Part shown: in pieces, positions 51,124-61,161 of the stretch
How the letters are laid out: every line of letters starts with the position of its first letter
How positions within the stretch are numbered: position 1 is the stretch's first letter
Source of the DNA: an uncultured Candidatus Saccharibacteria bacterium
GTDB lineage: Bacteria; Patescibacteriota; Andersenbacteria; UBA10190
DNA length: 64,000 bases
NCBI GenBank assembly: GCA_964610055.1
Contig: CAZSUC010000001.1
Coordinates: forward strand, 287,994 to 351,993
Reading direction: 5' to 3'
Program-made: the position numbers and the translations under genes
Notes under the pieces: generated by a model
The model's input: the letters and a program-made list of their open reading frames with translations, nothing else
Told to the model about the DNA's origin: nothing
Database searches by the model: none

Positions 51124-51658
51124 TTTTTTCTTTCCAAAAATTATCTTTCACTCCTTGTACGTAATTTAACGCGCGTGCCAAAGTAAACAGATAATCACTT
51201 AAACGATTCAAATACCGTATGCATATCTCGGGTATTTCTTGGTGTTGATTAACCGTTACCACTCGTCTTTCTGCTCTTCTTACTACCGTTCGTGTTAATT
51301 GCGCTAAAGCCGCTAACTCTGTTCCGCCAGGTAAAATAAACTGGTTTAATTTTGGTAACTCTTCCGTAGTTTCATCAATCATGCGCTCCAGCTCAATAAT
51401 ATCTTGTTCATTCGGGTGCTCATTAACTCTTTTGGGATCCGCTATAACCACATTTAAGTCAAACAATCTGCGCTGAATATTTTCTAACTGCATTCGTGTT
51501 ATTCCAATTTCTGGCCTTGCCGCCATCACGCCTAGCCATGCATTAGCTTCATCAACCGTTCCTAAAGCTTCAGTTCGAATGTGGTTTTTCGGTACTCTTG
51601 TCCCGTCTAATAAACCTGTTTCTCCTTTATCGCCAGTTTTCGTATAAATTGGACTCAT
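51116..51658 (-). CDS. PduO-type ATP:cob(I)alamin adenosyltransferase family protein
   Basis: N-terminal IYTKTGDKGETGL ... RTEALGTVDEANAWLG. 180 aa. Overlaps miaA by 8 nt. Confidence 0.8.
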   Translation of the reverse strand: MSPIYTKTGDKGETGLLDGTRVPKNHIRTEALGTVDEANAWLGVMAARPEIGITRMQLENIQRRLFDLNVVIADPKRVNEHPNEQDIIELERMIDETTEELPKLNQFILPGGTELAALAQLTRTVVRRAERRVVTVNQHQEIPEICIRYLNRLSDYLFTLARALNYVQGVKDNFWKEKNE

Positions 51659-51714
51659 CTATCTTAGCCTGCATTCACTTTCGTTAAAGCGCAAGCTTAC
51701 GTTACACTATATTT

Positions 51715-52362
51715 ATGTTTCATTTGCTTAGTTTCCGTAACCTTATCGTCATCGCCCTTATTGGCTTCCTGATGTTTTCCGGAGTTTTAGAAGTTCAAGT
51801 TCATCCTGACAAAATAGGTGGTCTCGGCAGTAAATTCGCCGAACTTACGCACGGTCAACGCTGGGCCTCATCTTTATCTTATTATTTCACCCAAGCTAAA
51901 CGTGCCGGGGAACAAAAACTCATTGGAGATAATAATAAACGCCTTGATCTCGCTCTTGAATACGTTCACGAAGACAGCCGTGCAATCGCCGATAATCTTC
52001 TCGCCGATACTGACACAACTGCTCTTACGTATGATGTCGATTTACTCCAGGCCAGTATTCAACACACCAAAGACGCTCTTGAAAAAGCCTCCGCCGACGA
52101 TCTTGTCGCTCGCCAAGCTGATATTACTGCTTCCTTCCAATCTGCTGCCGCTTCTTTTCGCCAATTACAAGCCGCCGCTGTTGCCCAAGCCGACACCGCC
52201 GACGAACTTAATCGTTTAGCGGAATCCTTAGCTAGTTATCTTGGTAGCTATGCTGCCGCTGAATCAGCACAAAACGACAGTTCGGTTGCTGGCGCCCAAG
52301 ATACAGCTACCTCAACTGAACCCACCTTTCAACCCGCCCCGGATATTCCTTTATCTTTTTAA
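51715..52362 (+). CDS. Hypothetical membrane-anchored protein with Ala/Gln-rich coiled tail
   Basis: N-terminal TM helix. A/Q/S-rich low-complexity C-terminus. Overlaps thrS convergently by 4 nt. Confidence 0.55.
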   Translation: MFHLLSFRNLIVIALIGFLMFSGVLEVQVHPDKIGGLGSKFAELTHGQRWASSLSYYFTQAKRAGEQKLIGDNNKRLDLALEYVHEDSRAIADNLLADTDTTALTYDVDLLQASIQHTKDALEKASADDLVARQADITASFQSAAASFRQLQAAAVAQADTADELNRLAESLASYLGSYAAAESAQNDSSVAGAQDTATSTEPTFQPAPDIPLSF

Positions 52363-54104
52363 TTTCGCTGTTTTGATCGGTCGCTTAATTCGCTCACAAT
52401 TTCTGCTATTTGCTTCGTGCCCTCGTCTCCTTGCTCGCGTGATCTAATTGAAACCGTGCCTGCTTCTGCTTCTCGTTTTCCAATAATTAACATCATTGGA
52501 ATTTTCTTTGTTTCCGCTTCTCGAATCTTCTTCCCAATACTTTCACTTCGTTCGTCTAGCTCAGTTCGTGTTCCAACCGCTTGTAGCTGCGCCTGCACTT
52601 TCCGAGCGTATTCTAATTGCCCATCTGAAATCGGTAAAATTATTACTTGCACCGGCGCTAACCAAAAAGGAAATACGCCCGCATAATGTTCAATCAAAAC
52701 TCCCAAAAACCGTTCATATGAACCCATTATCGCTCGATGAATCATCACTGGCGTCTGTTGCTTTCCGTTCTCATCAATGTATGTCAAACCAAAACGTGCT
52801 GGCATATTAAAATCAAGCTGGATAGTCGCTAATTGCCACGCTCTTCCCAGTGAATCATGCGCTGTAAAATCAATCTTTGGCCCATAAAAAGCCGCTTCAC
52901 CTTTTGCCTCGCTGAATTTAATGTCTTTTTCTTGCAATGCTTTACGTAACGCTTCTTCCGCTGTCTTCCAAATTTCATCCGTCCCTAAATATTTTTCTGA
53001 CTGACTTGGGTCTCGCAAAGATAAACGGAACGATAAATTCAAAGATAGTGTTTTATAAAACTTATCTACCATTCCCATAATTCGGCTAATTTCATCCGCC
53101 ACTTGATCTGGCCGACAAAATACATGTCCATCATCCTGAGTAATGCTGCGAACTCTTGTTAAGCCTTGTAGCTCGCCGGCTTGTTCGTCTCGATACACGG
53201 TTGTACTTTCAGCATATCGAACTGGCAAATCTCGATAACTTCGTGTTTCGGCTGCAAAAATTTGCGTATGGTGCGGACAATTCATCGGCTTAACCACAAA
53301 TTCTTCTTCGTGTTTTCCGCGCGCATGAAACAAATCTTCCTTAAACTTATCCCAATGTCCTGACGTTCGATACAAATCCGGCCGCGCCAAATGGGGGATA
53401 GTAACGCGCTCGTATCCCGCTTCCGTGTGCAGTTCTTCTACAAATCGCTTTAATGCTTCTAACATAGCCGTACCCTTCGGAGTAAACAGTGGTAATCCAG
53501 GACCAACTAATTTTGAGAAAGTAAACAATCCTAATTCTTTTCCAATCTTGCGATGATCTCTTTTCTTCGCTTCCTCCAGCATTGCTAGATGATTGTCTAA
53601 TTCTTCCTGAGTCGGGAACAAGATACCGTAAATGCGTTGTAATTGCGGTTTTGATTCATCATTTTTCCAATACACTCCCGACATTCGTGTTAATTTAAAC
53701 GCACCAATTTGACCCGTTGAATCCGCATGTCCGCCTTCGCATAAAGTCTTGAAAAAACCATCTCCCATTTCTGAGATTCCAACCATCTCATCTTCAATGC
53801 CATCAATCAATTCCAACTTATACGGATCATCTTTTAGTAATTCCCGCGCTTCGTCTTTACTCACCTTATAATGCTTCATCGGCACATCCATTTTTTGAAT
53901 TTCTCGCATTTTTTCCTCTAAGCGCGTCAAATCTTCCAAGGAGTAATTTTCATCAGTATCAATATCATGAAAAAACCCATCTTCAGTTGCCGGCCCAATA
54001 CCTAACCGTGTTTCTGGTCGTAATGCCACTGACGCCGCCGCCAACACATGCGCTGCCGTATGCCTCATCTTCTTTAATTGATCTTCTGTGACATCTTGAC
54101 TCAT
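52359..54104 (-). CDS. thrS: Threonine-tRNA ligase
   Basis: 581 aa. Class II motifs. Editing-domain HxxxH (HTAAHVLAAA). C-terminal anticodon-binding domain. Confidence 0.9.
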   Translation of the reverse strand: MSQDVTEDQLKKMRHTAAHVLAAASVALRPETRLGIGPATEDGFFHDIDTDENYSLEDLTRLEEKMREIQKMDVPMKHYKVSKDEARELLKDDPYKLELIDGIEDEMVGISEMGDGFFKTLCEGGHADSTGQIGAFKLTRMSGVYWKNDESKPQLQRIYGILFPTQEELDNHLAMLEEAKKRDHRKIGKELGLFTFSKLVGPGLPLFTPKGTAMLEALKRFVEELHTEAGYERVTIPHLARPDLYRTSGHWDKFKEDLFHARGKHEEEFVVKPMNCPHHTQIFAAETRSYRDLPVRYAESTTVYRDEQAGELQGLTRVRSITQDDGHVFCRPDQVADEISRIMGMVDKFYKTLSLNLSFRLSLRDPSQSEKYLGTDEIWKTAEEALRKALQEKDIKFSEAKGEAAFYGPKIDFTAHDSLGRAWQLATIQLDFNMPARFGLTYIDENGKQQTPVMIHRAIMGSYERFLGVLIEHYAGVFPFWLAPVQVIILPISDGQLEYARKVQAQLQAVGTRTELDERSESIGKKIREAETKKIPMMLIIGKREAEAGTVSIRSREQGDEGTKQIAEIVSELSDRSKQRN

Positions 54105-54251
54105 ATATAGAAACTATTACATGTCCTACTTTAACACAAACTTGGTAAAATTCACTGCCTCTTTACAACTATCGGTAAAAGTTGTCTATTTATAAGCCGG
54201 AGCCACAAACGTGGTTATCACTTTTTCTCTGCTGGCTTTTAGAAAGGTACC

Positions 54252-54998
54252 TTGACAATGTCTTCTCAAACCCACGATGAACTGCTGCGTCAAATTGAAG
54301 CATCTCCTTTTGACGTTGAGCTGCGGCAAAAGTTTGCTGAGTGGCTGATTGCTATGCCAAGACAAGATCAAGCTCGGGGGGAACTCATTCGGGCGCAATG
54401 TCTCCCCGGCGATGAGCGAGACTACGATCTCATCGCCCGCCTGATTAACACTCATGGTCGACGCTGGATCGCTGAAGATTTGGGTATTAACGAACCCAAT
54501 CTACCTCCTGAAATCCAATGTGAATTTTACCAGGGCTTCGCTTGGTGGCCAGTGAAAGCCTCGGCTTCTGGCATTCAACCTCTTTTGCAAAAATGGTCGT
54601 CTTGCCAAGTTGATTCTCGCCTTCTCACTTCTCAGGCTTTGTTAATGCTGGATCATCCCATCTCATTTTGTGTCAAGCTCGTGCTCTGTCAGCCAAGGCG
54701 CAATTTACCGCTTGAGCAAGCGATTCATCTAATGAGTCGTTCGTTGCGTTTGTCCTGCAATCCCGATCAGTTGTTAGACTTATGCGCTTTACGCATCCAG
54801 TATCCTAATTTGCTTTTCCGGATTGTTGCTCCTGGTGCTGTCAGCTATTTTAATCCCGACATTGGCCCGGAGGTCTTATTCTCTGGCCACTGGGACAGTA
54901 CAGACCATTTAAGGCTGCATCCCTGCGCCAAGCCCTTTAACGAGGAACACCGTTTCCTCGGAACTCGTTCCTGGTTTATTGCCCAACTCTTCGTTTGA
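54252..54998 (+). CDS. Hypothetical protein with N-terminal TIGR02996-like repeat-companion domain, GC-elevated island (c)
   Basis: About 53% GC. N-terminal ELLRQIEASPFDVELRQKFAEWLIAMPRQDQARGELIRAQC resembles the Gemmata/Myxococcus TIGR02996 motif (..RLVYADWLEE.GDP.RGEFIRLQC). From memory. Confidence 0.5.
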   Translation: MTMSSQTHDELLRQIEASPFDVELRQKFAEWLIAMPRQDQARGELIRAQCLPGDERDYDLIARLINTHGRRWIAEDLGINEPNLPPEIQCEFYQGFAWWPVKASASGIQPLLQKWSSCQVDSRLLTSQALLMLDHPISFCVKLVLCQPRRNLPLEQAIHLMSRSLRLSCNPDQLLDLCALRIQYPNLLFRIVAPGAVSYFNPDIGPEVLFSGHWDSTDHLRLHPCAKPFNEEHRFLGTRSWFIAQLFV

Positions 54999-55029
54999 CC
55001 GGCATCTAGCCGGGGAAAGGACAACTGTC

Positions 55030-55608
55030 ATGGCAAAGTACGGCACATGGACTCGCAAACAGGATGAAGATCTGCTTAACCTATTAGGAGGTCAGGCAGC
55101 CGCCGAGCGTCTGCTCGCCTGCAAGGGTGGTGTTACAGTCACATTCACTGGAGATATGGCAGATGTTATGGCGCACACCTTGCCCGTCATCGACTGCGAT
55201 ACCGCTCCACACACCCCCCGCGATGGCTGGAGCGTGGCAAAGCATATACCGGGCGGCCAGCTAATCTGGGATCCGTCCAGGATTACCCTCTATCTTTCAG
55301 ATTCCCAGCTCCAGCGGCGCATCAAGGGAACTGAGCTTAGCCGAGAGTTGGCCGAGCAACCTGTTCTCAACGCCAACGTCCTCGACTACCTGATCCGTTA
55401 TCCCCATCTCATTCCCGAAGAATGGAAAGTGGATGAAAACGGCAACACCATCTACATCTACTTCTTTGGAACGATCTACCGCGACCCTGACGACTGCCTC
55501 CGCGTGCGTTATCTGTACTTCAGATACGATCACTGGCGCTCGGACTACGGCTCGCTCAATGTTAACTGGGCAGCGCAGAACCGGGCGGCAGCTATCCTCG
55601 CAGCTTGA
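55030..55608 (+). CDS. Hypothetical protein, second ORF of GC-elevated island (c)
   Basis: ORF 54979..55608 in a different frame from the upstream ORF, overlapping it by 20 nt. ATG at 55030 is the likely start. W/Y/R-rich C-terminus. No family recognised. Confidence 0.45.
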   Translation: MAKYGTWTRKQDEDLLNLLGGQAAAERLLACKGGVTVTFTGDMADVMAHTLPVIDCDTAPHTPRDGWSVAKHIPGGQLIWDPSRITLYLSDSQLQRRIKGTELSRELAEQPVLNANVLDYLIRYPHLIPEEWKVDENGNTIYIYFFGTIYRDPDDCLRVRYLYFRYDHWRSDYGSLNVNWAAQNRAAAILAA

Positions 55609-55644
55609 GCTTGGATTTTGTCCACCTTGTCTGTCCCTTCGAGT

Positions 55645-55682
55645 CCTTTGCGCATAGCGCAAGGGGATCTTTTCTTTTTTAT
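55645..55682. terminator. Rho-independent terminator at the island (c) boundary
   Basis: 9-bp stem CCTTTGCGC/GCGCAAGGG (one G-U) with loop ATA, followed by ATCTTTTCTTTTTTATT. Confidence 0.6.
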
Positions 55683-56806
55683 TCCGCCGCTTGCAATTCA
55701 ATTCGCACTGCTTTCTCCCGCGCAGGCACTGTTTTCACCCAAAAGGGCCAAAGCGCCACTTTCACTTCCCCCAAATCATCAAATTGCGCAAAGTATTCGC
55801 TTATTTCTGCTTCACTGCGTCCTGCCAATTTTGCTTTATCCACTTTTGCTAACGATGATTTCTTGGCAAATGATCCAGTCATAGTGCCTTTGATTCGCGC
55901 CTCGCCTCGATCAAAATCAGCCCGCAAAATTTCCACCTTGAAACTTTCCGGATCATATGACACTAATTCCTCCGCGCTGTCCGGCTGTGACCGTAAGTTT
56001 AGTAAAGTTAAACTTAGTAAATCGCTTTCACTGACAATAAATCCGCGCGCCTTTATTTTTGTTTTTGCTTCAAATTCCGGCACCTTATCTCCATCTGCCG
56101 CCGACGTCTCCTGGCTTTCAATTTCCATTTTGATTAAATCATCTCGCACTACCGCTCCGCCTGCTTCAGTCAAAATCAAATTATGCACTTTAATCTGTGC
56201 CGCTTCCTCTGTTTCTTTTAATGCTTCTTTGAGTTCATTCTCTGTGATCGGTGAATCAGTTACCACGCCGCCCGTAAACGCAGCTGTGCTCTCGCCGTAA
56301 ACCACTTTCTGCATACTTACCGGCAAGCGATCCACGATAAATTTTCCCGCCGGTACATTGCCTGCCTGCCCCGGTGTTTCCGCTGTGACAGTTACCGTAA
56401 CTTCTCCTTGTGGGGGTATGCGCACTGCCTGATCGGTTAAGAAAAAAGCTCCTGTCCCTTCATGCCGCAAATGCGTCTTTGGTAATAACGGTTGTTCATC
56501 CGCCTGGTCGTTTTTCAAAATTACTGTGCCTTTTGCTTCACTGTCCCGCGCTCCAGCCGTGCTTCGTTGTATCGTTTTCATTTCCTCCGCCTCTTTTTCA
56601 ATCTTTTGTGCCGGCAAAATGTATTTTACATAATCCGCATCCTTAGCACTTTGGGACAAAATAATTTCTCGTTCAATCGTCCTAGTTGTCACCGCTGGCG
56701 AAACTGTAATCGTCGCTCTTGGCATCCAAACCAATCCGCTAATTACGCCGCTAACACTTAAAACAGCTAGAATTCCCAAAGTTACAATTTTTTGCGTCGC
56801 ATTCAT
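55679..56806 (-). CDS. Hypothetical exported/membrane-anchored protein
   Basis: N-terminal signal/TM (IVTLGILAVLSVSGVISGLVW). 375 aa, E/K/T-rich. No family recognised. Confidence 0.6.
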   Translation of the reverse strand: MNATQKIVTLGILAVLSVSGVISGLVWMPRATITVSPAVTTRTIEREIILSQSAKDADYVKYILPAQKIEKEAEEMKTIQRSTAGARDSEAKGTVILKNDQADEQPLLPKTHLRHEGTGAFFLTDQAVRIPPQGEVTVTVTAETPGQAGNVPAGKFIVDRLPVSMQKVVYGESTAAFTGGVVTDSPITENELKEALKETEEAAQIKVHNLILTEAGGAVVRDDLIKMEIESQETSAADGDKVPEFEAKTKIKARGFIVSESDLLSLTLLNLRSQPDSAEELVSYDPESFKVEILRADFDRGEARIKGTMTGSFAKKSSLAKVDKAKLAGRSEAEISEYFAQFDDLGEVKVALWPFWVKTVPAREKAVRIELQAAE

Positions 56807-56810
56807 GTCC

Positions 56811-59800
56811 TTAACTCTGAAAAGTTAAGGCCGTACTGCCTACCAATTGTTGAATCTTTTGCCAATTCTCATCCGTCGGTTTAATCCGGTATTGAGTTGC
56901 TAATCTGACTCTTTGCGTTCGTTGGGGGATTGATAGTTCTACCGGTATACCATTTTCCACTACCATTGTTTGCAGCGCTTCTTTTAATTGCCAAACCGAT
57001 TCTTTAGTGAATTGTGGCGGCAAGTTAATAATTACCCGGTTGGCTTGGCTTGGATCCGCATTATTCGTCGCCGCTTTCCGATGGGCTTTAGGTGCTGCCT
57101 TAAATGAATCTAAAAGTTCCGCCGTCAACTGCCACGCCTTATCGGCTAAAATTTTTGTTTCACCGTCTTTATCCGACAATTTACCTTCAATAATTACCGT
57201 TCCTCCATCCACCCACAGTTCTTGTGTTTTTTCTAGGACTGTTGGAAAAATCAACGCCTCCGCTTTTCCGCCTATATCTTCCAAAGTGACAAACACCATC
57301 GGCTTATTTGATTTAGTTATAATCTTATTCAACCTCACAATCACTCCTGCCACCCGCACAGTTTGATTTGCGTTTAAGTGCGGTAGGTCAGCTAACGGTG
57401 TCGCTACCTTTTTTAATTGCTCATGCAATTCTGTCAGCGGATGTTCTGAGACATACATACCTAACAATTCTTTTTCCCATTTTAATCGATCTGCTTTTAT
57501 TGCCGGTGTCACTGGATCCAAATCTAATCGTGGCGGCGGCGCCTCCACCGTCTCGCCAAACAATCCTTGCTGACCTGCTTCTTTTTTCCGATGCAATTCT
57601 CGGCTAAAATCCAACAACTTATCCGCGTTATCTAAGACCTGCTGTCTTTCCGCAATACAATCAAACGCTCCTGCTTTTGCCATGCTTTCAACTGACTTCC
57701 GGTTTAAATCTTTCGAATTAACCCGCACAAACACATCCGTTAGCTGCGCAAACGCTCCGTTTTCTTGCCGTTCCGCAATCAAGTCTTCAACTGCTTGATT
57801 GCCTACATTTTTAATTGCCGCTAATCCAAATCGGATTGCATCACCATCTTCTGTTTTGACTACTGTGAAGTGCTCATCACTTTCATTGATGTCAGGCGGC
57901 AATATTTTAATTCCCATACTTAAAGATTCGCCCACTTCAATCGCTGCCCGATCCATATTTCCTTCGTCGCTGGTTAATAAGGCTGCCATAAATTCTGCCG
58001 GATAATGTGCTTTTAAGTAAGCGGTTTGATAGGCAATCATGGCGTAACAAGCGGCATGTGCTCGGTTAAATCCGTAACGCGCAAACGGTTCGATAAAATC
58101 CCACACTTTTACCGCCGTCCCTTTATCAATTCCTTTGTTATCAATCGCTCCGTTAATAAATTTCTCCCGTTGTTCATCCAACAATTCTTTGATTTTTTTA
58201 CCCACTGCCTTACGCAAAATATCCGCTTCCGCATATGTAAACCCAGAAAATTCTCGAGCAATCATCAGCACCTGGTCCTGCGTTACGATTACTCCATAAG
58301 TTTTTTCCAAGATCGGTTTCAAAATCGGATGCAAATACGTAATCTTCTTACGCCCATGCTTAGCTGCGATAAAATCGGGAATCGAGTCCATCGGCCCGGG
58401 TCGGTATAAAGCCACCATGGAAATAATATCTTCAAATTCCGTTGGCTTTAATTCCTTTAAATATCTTTTCATTCCCGAAGATTCCAACTGAAACACTCCG
58501 GTTGTTTCACCTCGTTGTAATAACCGGTATGCCTCTTCGTCATTCGTCTCTAATGTGTCTAAATTAATCTCAACATTATGCCTTTGCTTAATACGCTCCA
58601 AAGCATTTTTAATAATTGTCAGGTTTTTTAATCCTAAGAAGTCAATCTTTAGCAGCCCTAATTGCTCCACCGGACCCATTGAATATTGCGTCACAATGTC
58701 ATGCCCATCACTGCTAGTGGATGATAACTGTAACGGCACGTATTCTGTTAATGGCGCATCTGTAATCACGACTGCCGCTGCGTGGGTAGAGGCGTGTCGG
58801 CATACCCCTTCTAATTTACGCGCCATATCAATCAGCTTCTTAGCTTGCGGATCGCCCTCGTACATTTCTTTCAAATCCGGTGTTTCCAACGCTTCTTTAA
58901 AATCAGTCATCATCGGAATCGCTTTTGCGACTTGGTCACAAAAAGCATACGGAAAACCTAATGCTCTCCCTGCGTCTCGTACCGCCGCCCGCGCTGCCAT
59001 CGTTCCGAATGTTATAATCTGAGCTACGTGTTCCGTTCCGTATTTACTACGGACGTATTCAATGACCTCGCCTCGTCGATCGTCCGCAAAATCCAAATCA
59101 ATATCCGGCATCGATACCCGCTGCGGATTTAAGAATCGTTCAAATAACAAATCATACTTTAACGGATCTACATTCGTAATATTAGTTAAATAAGACACTA
59201 GGCTACCCGCCGCACTCCCACGTCCTGGCCCGACTAAAATATTTTGTCTTTTTGCCTCATTCACGAAATCCGACACAATCAAAAAGTAAGACGAATATCC
59301 GCAAGTCTTAATCACATCTAGCTCATAATCCATGCGCTCTTTAGCATTGTCTGGCAAATTTTCTCCGTATCGCGTTTTTAATCCTTCTTCACACATGGTT
59401 CGCAACGCCTGATCCGCCGTAATGCCTTTTGGTAGGGGAAAGGGCGGTAATTTATTCACTCCAAATTCCAACTCGACATTACACATTGCCGCAATCTTTT
59501 GTGTATTCTCAATCGCTTCTGGATAATCCTTCCATAATTCTTTCATTAACTCTGGCGTTTTAACCGAAAAATCATCGCCCAGCATATTCATTCGGTCAGT
59601 GTCCTGGACAGTTTTACCAGTTTGAACACACACCAACACATCATGTGCATTTGCATCCTCTTTCTTGATGTAATGAGCATCTGTCGTTGCGACAATCGGT
59701 ACTTTGTATTCTTTGGCTAAGGCTAAAATTCCCGCGTTCGCTTTATGCTGTTCCGGAACATTCTCGTGATACTGAACTTCTAAATAAAACTTATCTTTAT

Positions 59801-60299
59801 CAAACCGTTCCAAATACCATTCCAATACTTTTTTGGCATCTGCTTCTCGTCCTTCAACTATGGCATGGGCAATATCTCCATTTAAACATCCAGACAATAC
59901 AATCAATCCCTCTCGATGCTGCTCTAATAATTCATAATCCATGCGCGGTTTATAGTAATATCCCTCCAAATTCGCTTTGGTAACCAATTTGATTAAGTTC
60001 TTATACCCGTCATTATTCGCTGCTAACAAGGTCACGTGTCTCAAATCCGCGTCAATCCGCCCCCGTTTATTCAAACGTCCGTTCGGAGCCAAATATGCCT
60101 CCACTCCCAAAATCGGTTTCACGCCCTTGCTTTTCGCTGTCCGGTAAAATTCAATCGCGCCGTACATATTGCCATGATCAGTCAAAGCACACGAATCCAT
60201 CCCTAATTCTTTGACATGATCAATCAAGGGCTCAATTTTCCCTAATCCATCCAAGAGGGAGTAGTGGCTGTGTAAATGTAAGTGCGTAAAATCTCCCAT
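56811..60299 (-). CDS. dnaE: DNA polymerase III alpha subunit
   Basis: PHP domain HLHLHSHYSLLDG. 1162 aa. Polymerase core and OB regions. Confidence 0.9.
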   Translation of the reverse strand: MGDFTHLHLHSHYSLLDGLGKIEPLIDHVKELGMDSCALTDHGNMYGAIEFYRTAKSKGVKPILGVEAYLAPNGRLNKRGRIDADLRHVTLLAANNDGYKNLIKLVTKANLEGYYYKPRMDYELLEQHREGLIVLSGCLNGDIAHAIVEGREADAKKVLEWYLERFDKDKFYLEVQYHENVPEQHKANAGILALAKEYKVPIVATTDAHYIKKEDANAHDVLVCVQTGKTVQDTDRMNMLGDDFSVKTPELMKELWKDYPEAIENTQKIAAMCNVELEFGVNKLPPFPLPKGITADQALRTMCEEGLKTRYGENLPDNAKERMDYELDVIKTCGYSSYFLIVSDFVNEAKRQNILVGPGRGSAAGSLVSYLTNITNVDPLKYDLLFERFLNPQRVSMPDIDLDFADDRRGEVIEYVRSKYGTEHVAQIITFGTMAARAAVRDAGRALGFPYAFCDQVAKAIPMMTDFKEALETPDLKEMYEGDPQAKKLIDMARKLEGVCRHASTHAAAVVITDAPLTEYVPLQLSSTSSDGHDIVTQYSMGPVEQLGLLKIDFLGLKNLTIIKNALERIKQRHNVEINLDTLETNDEEAYRLLQRGETTGVFQLESSGMKRYLKELKPTEFEDIISMVALYRPGPMDSIPDFIAAKHGRKKITYLHPILKPILEKTYGVIVTQDQVLMIAREFSGFTYAEADILRKAVGKKIKELLDEQREKFINGAIDNKGIDKGTAVKVWDFIEPFARYGFNRAHAACYAMIAYQTAYLKAHYPAEFMAALLTSDEGNMDRAAIEVGESLSMGIKILPPDINESDEHFTVVKTEDGDAIRFGLAAIKNVGNQAVEDLIAERQENGAFAQLTDVFVRVNSKDLNRKSVESMAKAGAFDCIAERQQVLDNADKLLDFSRELHRKKEAGQQGLFGETVEAPPPRLDLDPVTPAIKADRLKWEKELLGMYVSEHPLTELHEQLKKVATPLADLPHLNANQTVRVAGVIVRLNKIITKSNKPMVFVTLEDIGGKAEALIFPTVLEKTQELWVDGGTVIIEGKLSDKDGETKILADKAWQLTAELLDSFKAAPKAHRKAATNNADPSQANRVIINLPPQFTKESVWQLKEALQTMVVENGIPVELSIPQRTQRVRLATQYRIKPTDENWQKIQQLVGSTALTFQS

Positions 60300-60388
60300 A
60301 TCAAGTCAGTGTTTTAGTATACCCATACCTATGCCCTTCCGCCAACTGCCCTGATGACATCTGTCGCCAGCTCTACTAAACTAACTTT

Positions 60389-61159
60389 ATGTCATTACAT
60401 CGCACTCTTAAGCAAGCTTACTACGCCGCCGGTTTTATTCTTCTGGTTATAGTCGTTGCTTTCGGTCTTTTTCGTCTGATCGTACCGGCTACTCCCGACA
60501 CCTCAATTTCAACCGCAACTCCAGTACCAGAATTTTCCTCTTTAACTATTCAGTCTGTTCAATACAGCCAATCGGACCGCATAGTTGATGCTGTTGTCCA
60601 AATTAAAAACCCTAACGTCCGCGCTGGCCTTAGTAATTTTACTATTACCTTTTCTTTTTACGACTCAGCCAATCAGTTTATTACTGATGCCTCTACTGCC
60701 GCTTATATTCTTCCTGGCAGTACTCAGTATTTTGCTGTGTATAACGTTTCTGTCCCGGTACCAGTCGCTTCGGTTACAGTTGCCCTGCCGGATAACCCAA
60801 CTTTCACTACTATTGCCGACACTTATCAACTGCCACGCTTCAGCACTATCATGCGCGATCTTTCCACCAAACAAATTGGTAATCAAACTTATGAAGAACA
60901 AAAAGGCTTAATTAGTAATAATAATCCGTTTGTGTTTCGCACGGTTGATATTATTGTTCTTGCACTTAACAACGACGATGAGATTATTAGCGTTGGCCAA
61001 ACTACAGTTGGCGATTTAGAAATCAGCGAACAACGGGAATTTACTGTGCAATGGTTACAATCCGGTCAAGAAATTGATCGTGTTATTGCTATTCCGACCA
61101 CTAACATTTTCCTTTCTGATAATATTCGCGAGATTGAGGACGATCCATCTTTGCTGTAG
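60389..61159 (+). CDS. Hypothetical membrane-anchored protein
   Basis: One N-terminal TM helix, then a beta-rich T/S/V domain. 256 aa. Confidence 0.6.
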   Translation: MSLHRTLKQAYYAAGFILLVIVVAFGLFRLIVPATPDTSISTATPVPEFSSLTIQSVQYSQSDRIVDAVVQIKNPNVRAGLSNFTITFSFYDSANQFITDASTAAYILPGSTQYFAVYNVSVPVPVASVTVALPDNPTFTTIADTYQLPRFSTIMRDLSTKQIGNQTYEEQKGLISNNNPFVFRTVDIIVLALNNDDEIISVGQTTVGDLEISEQREFTVQWLQSGQEIDRVIAIPTTNIFLSDNIREIEDDPSLL

Positions 61160-61161
61160 TA

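Noticed and set aside
54105-54251. Possible T-box or thrS autoregulatory leader upstream of thrS
   Set aside because: I could not identify a specifier-loop/antiterminator pair or an operator hairpin mimicking the tRNA-Thr anticodon arm by eye. The region is short and AT-rich.
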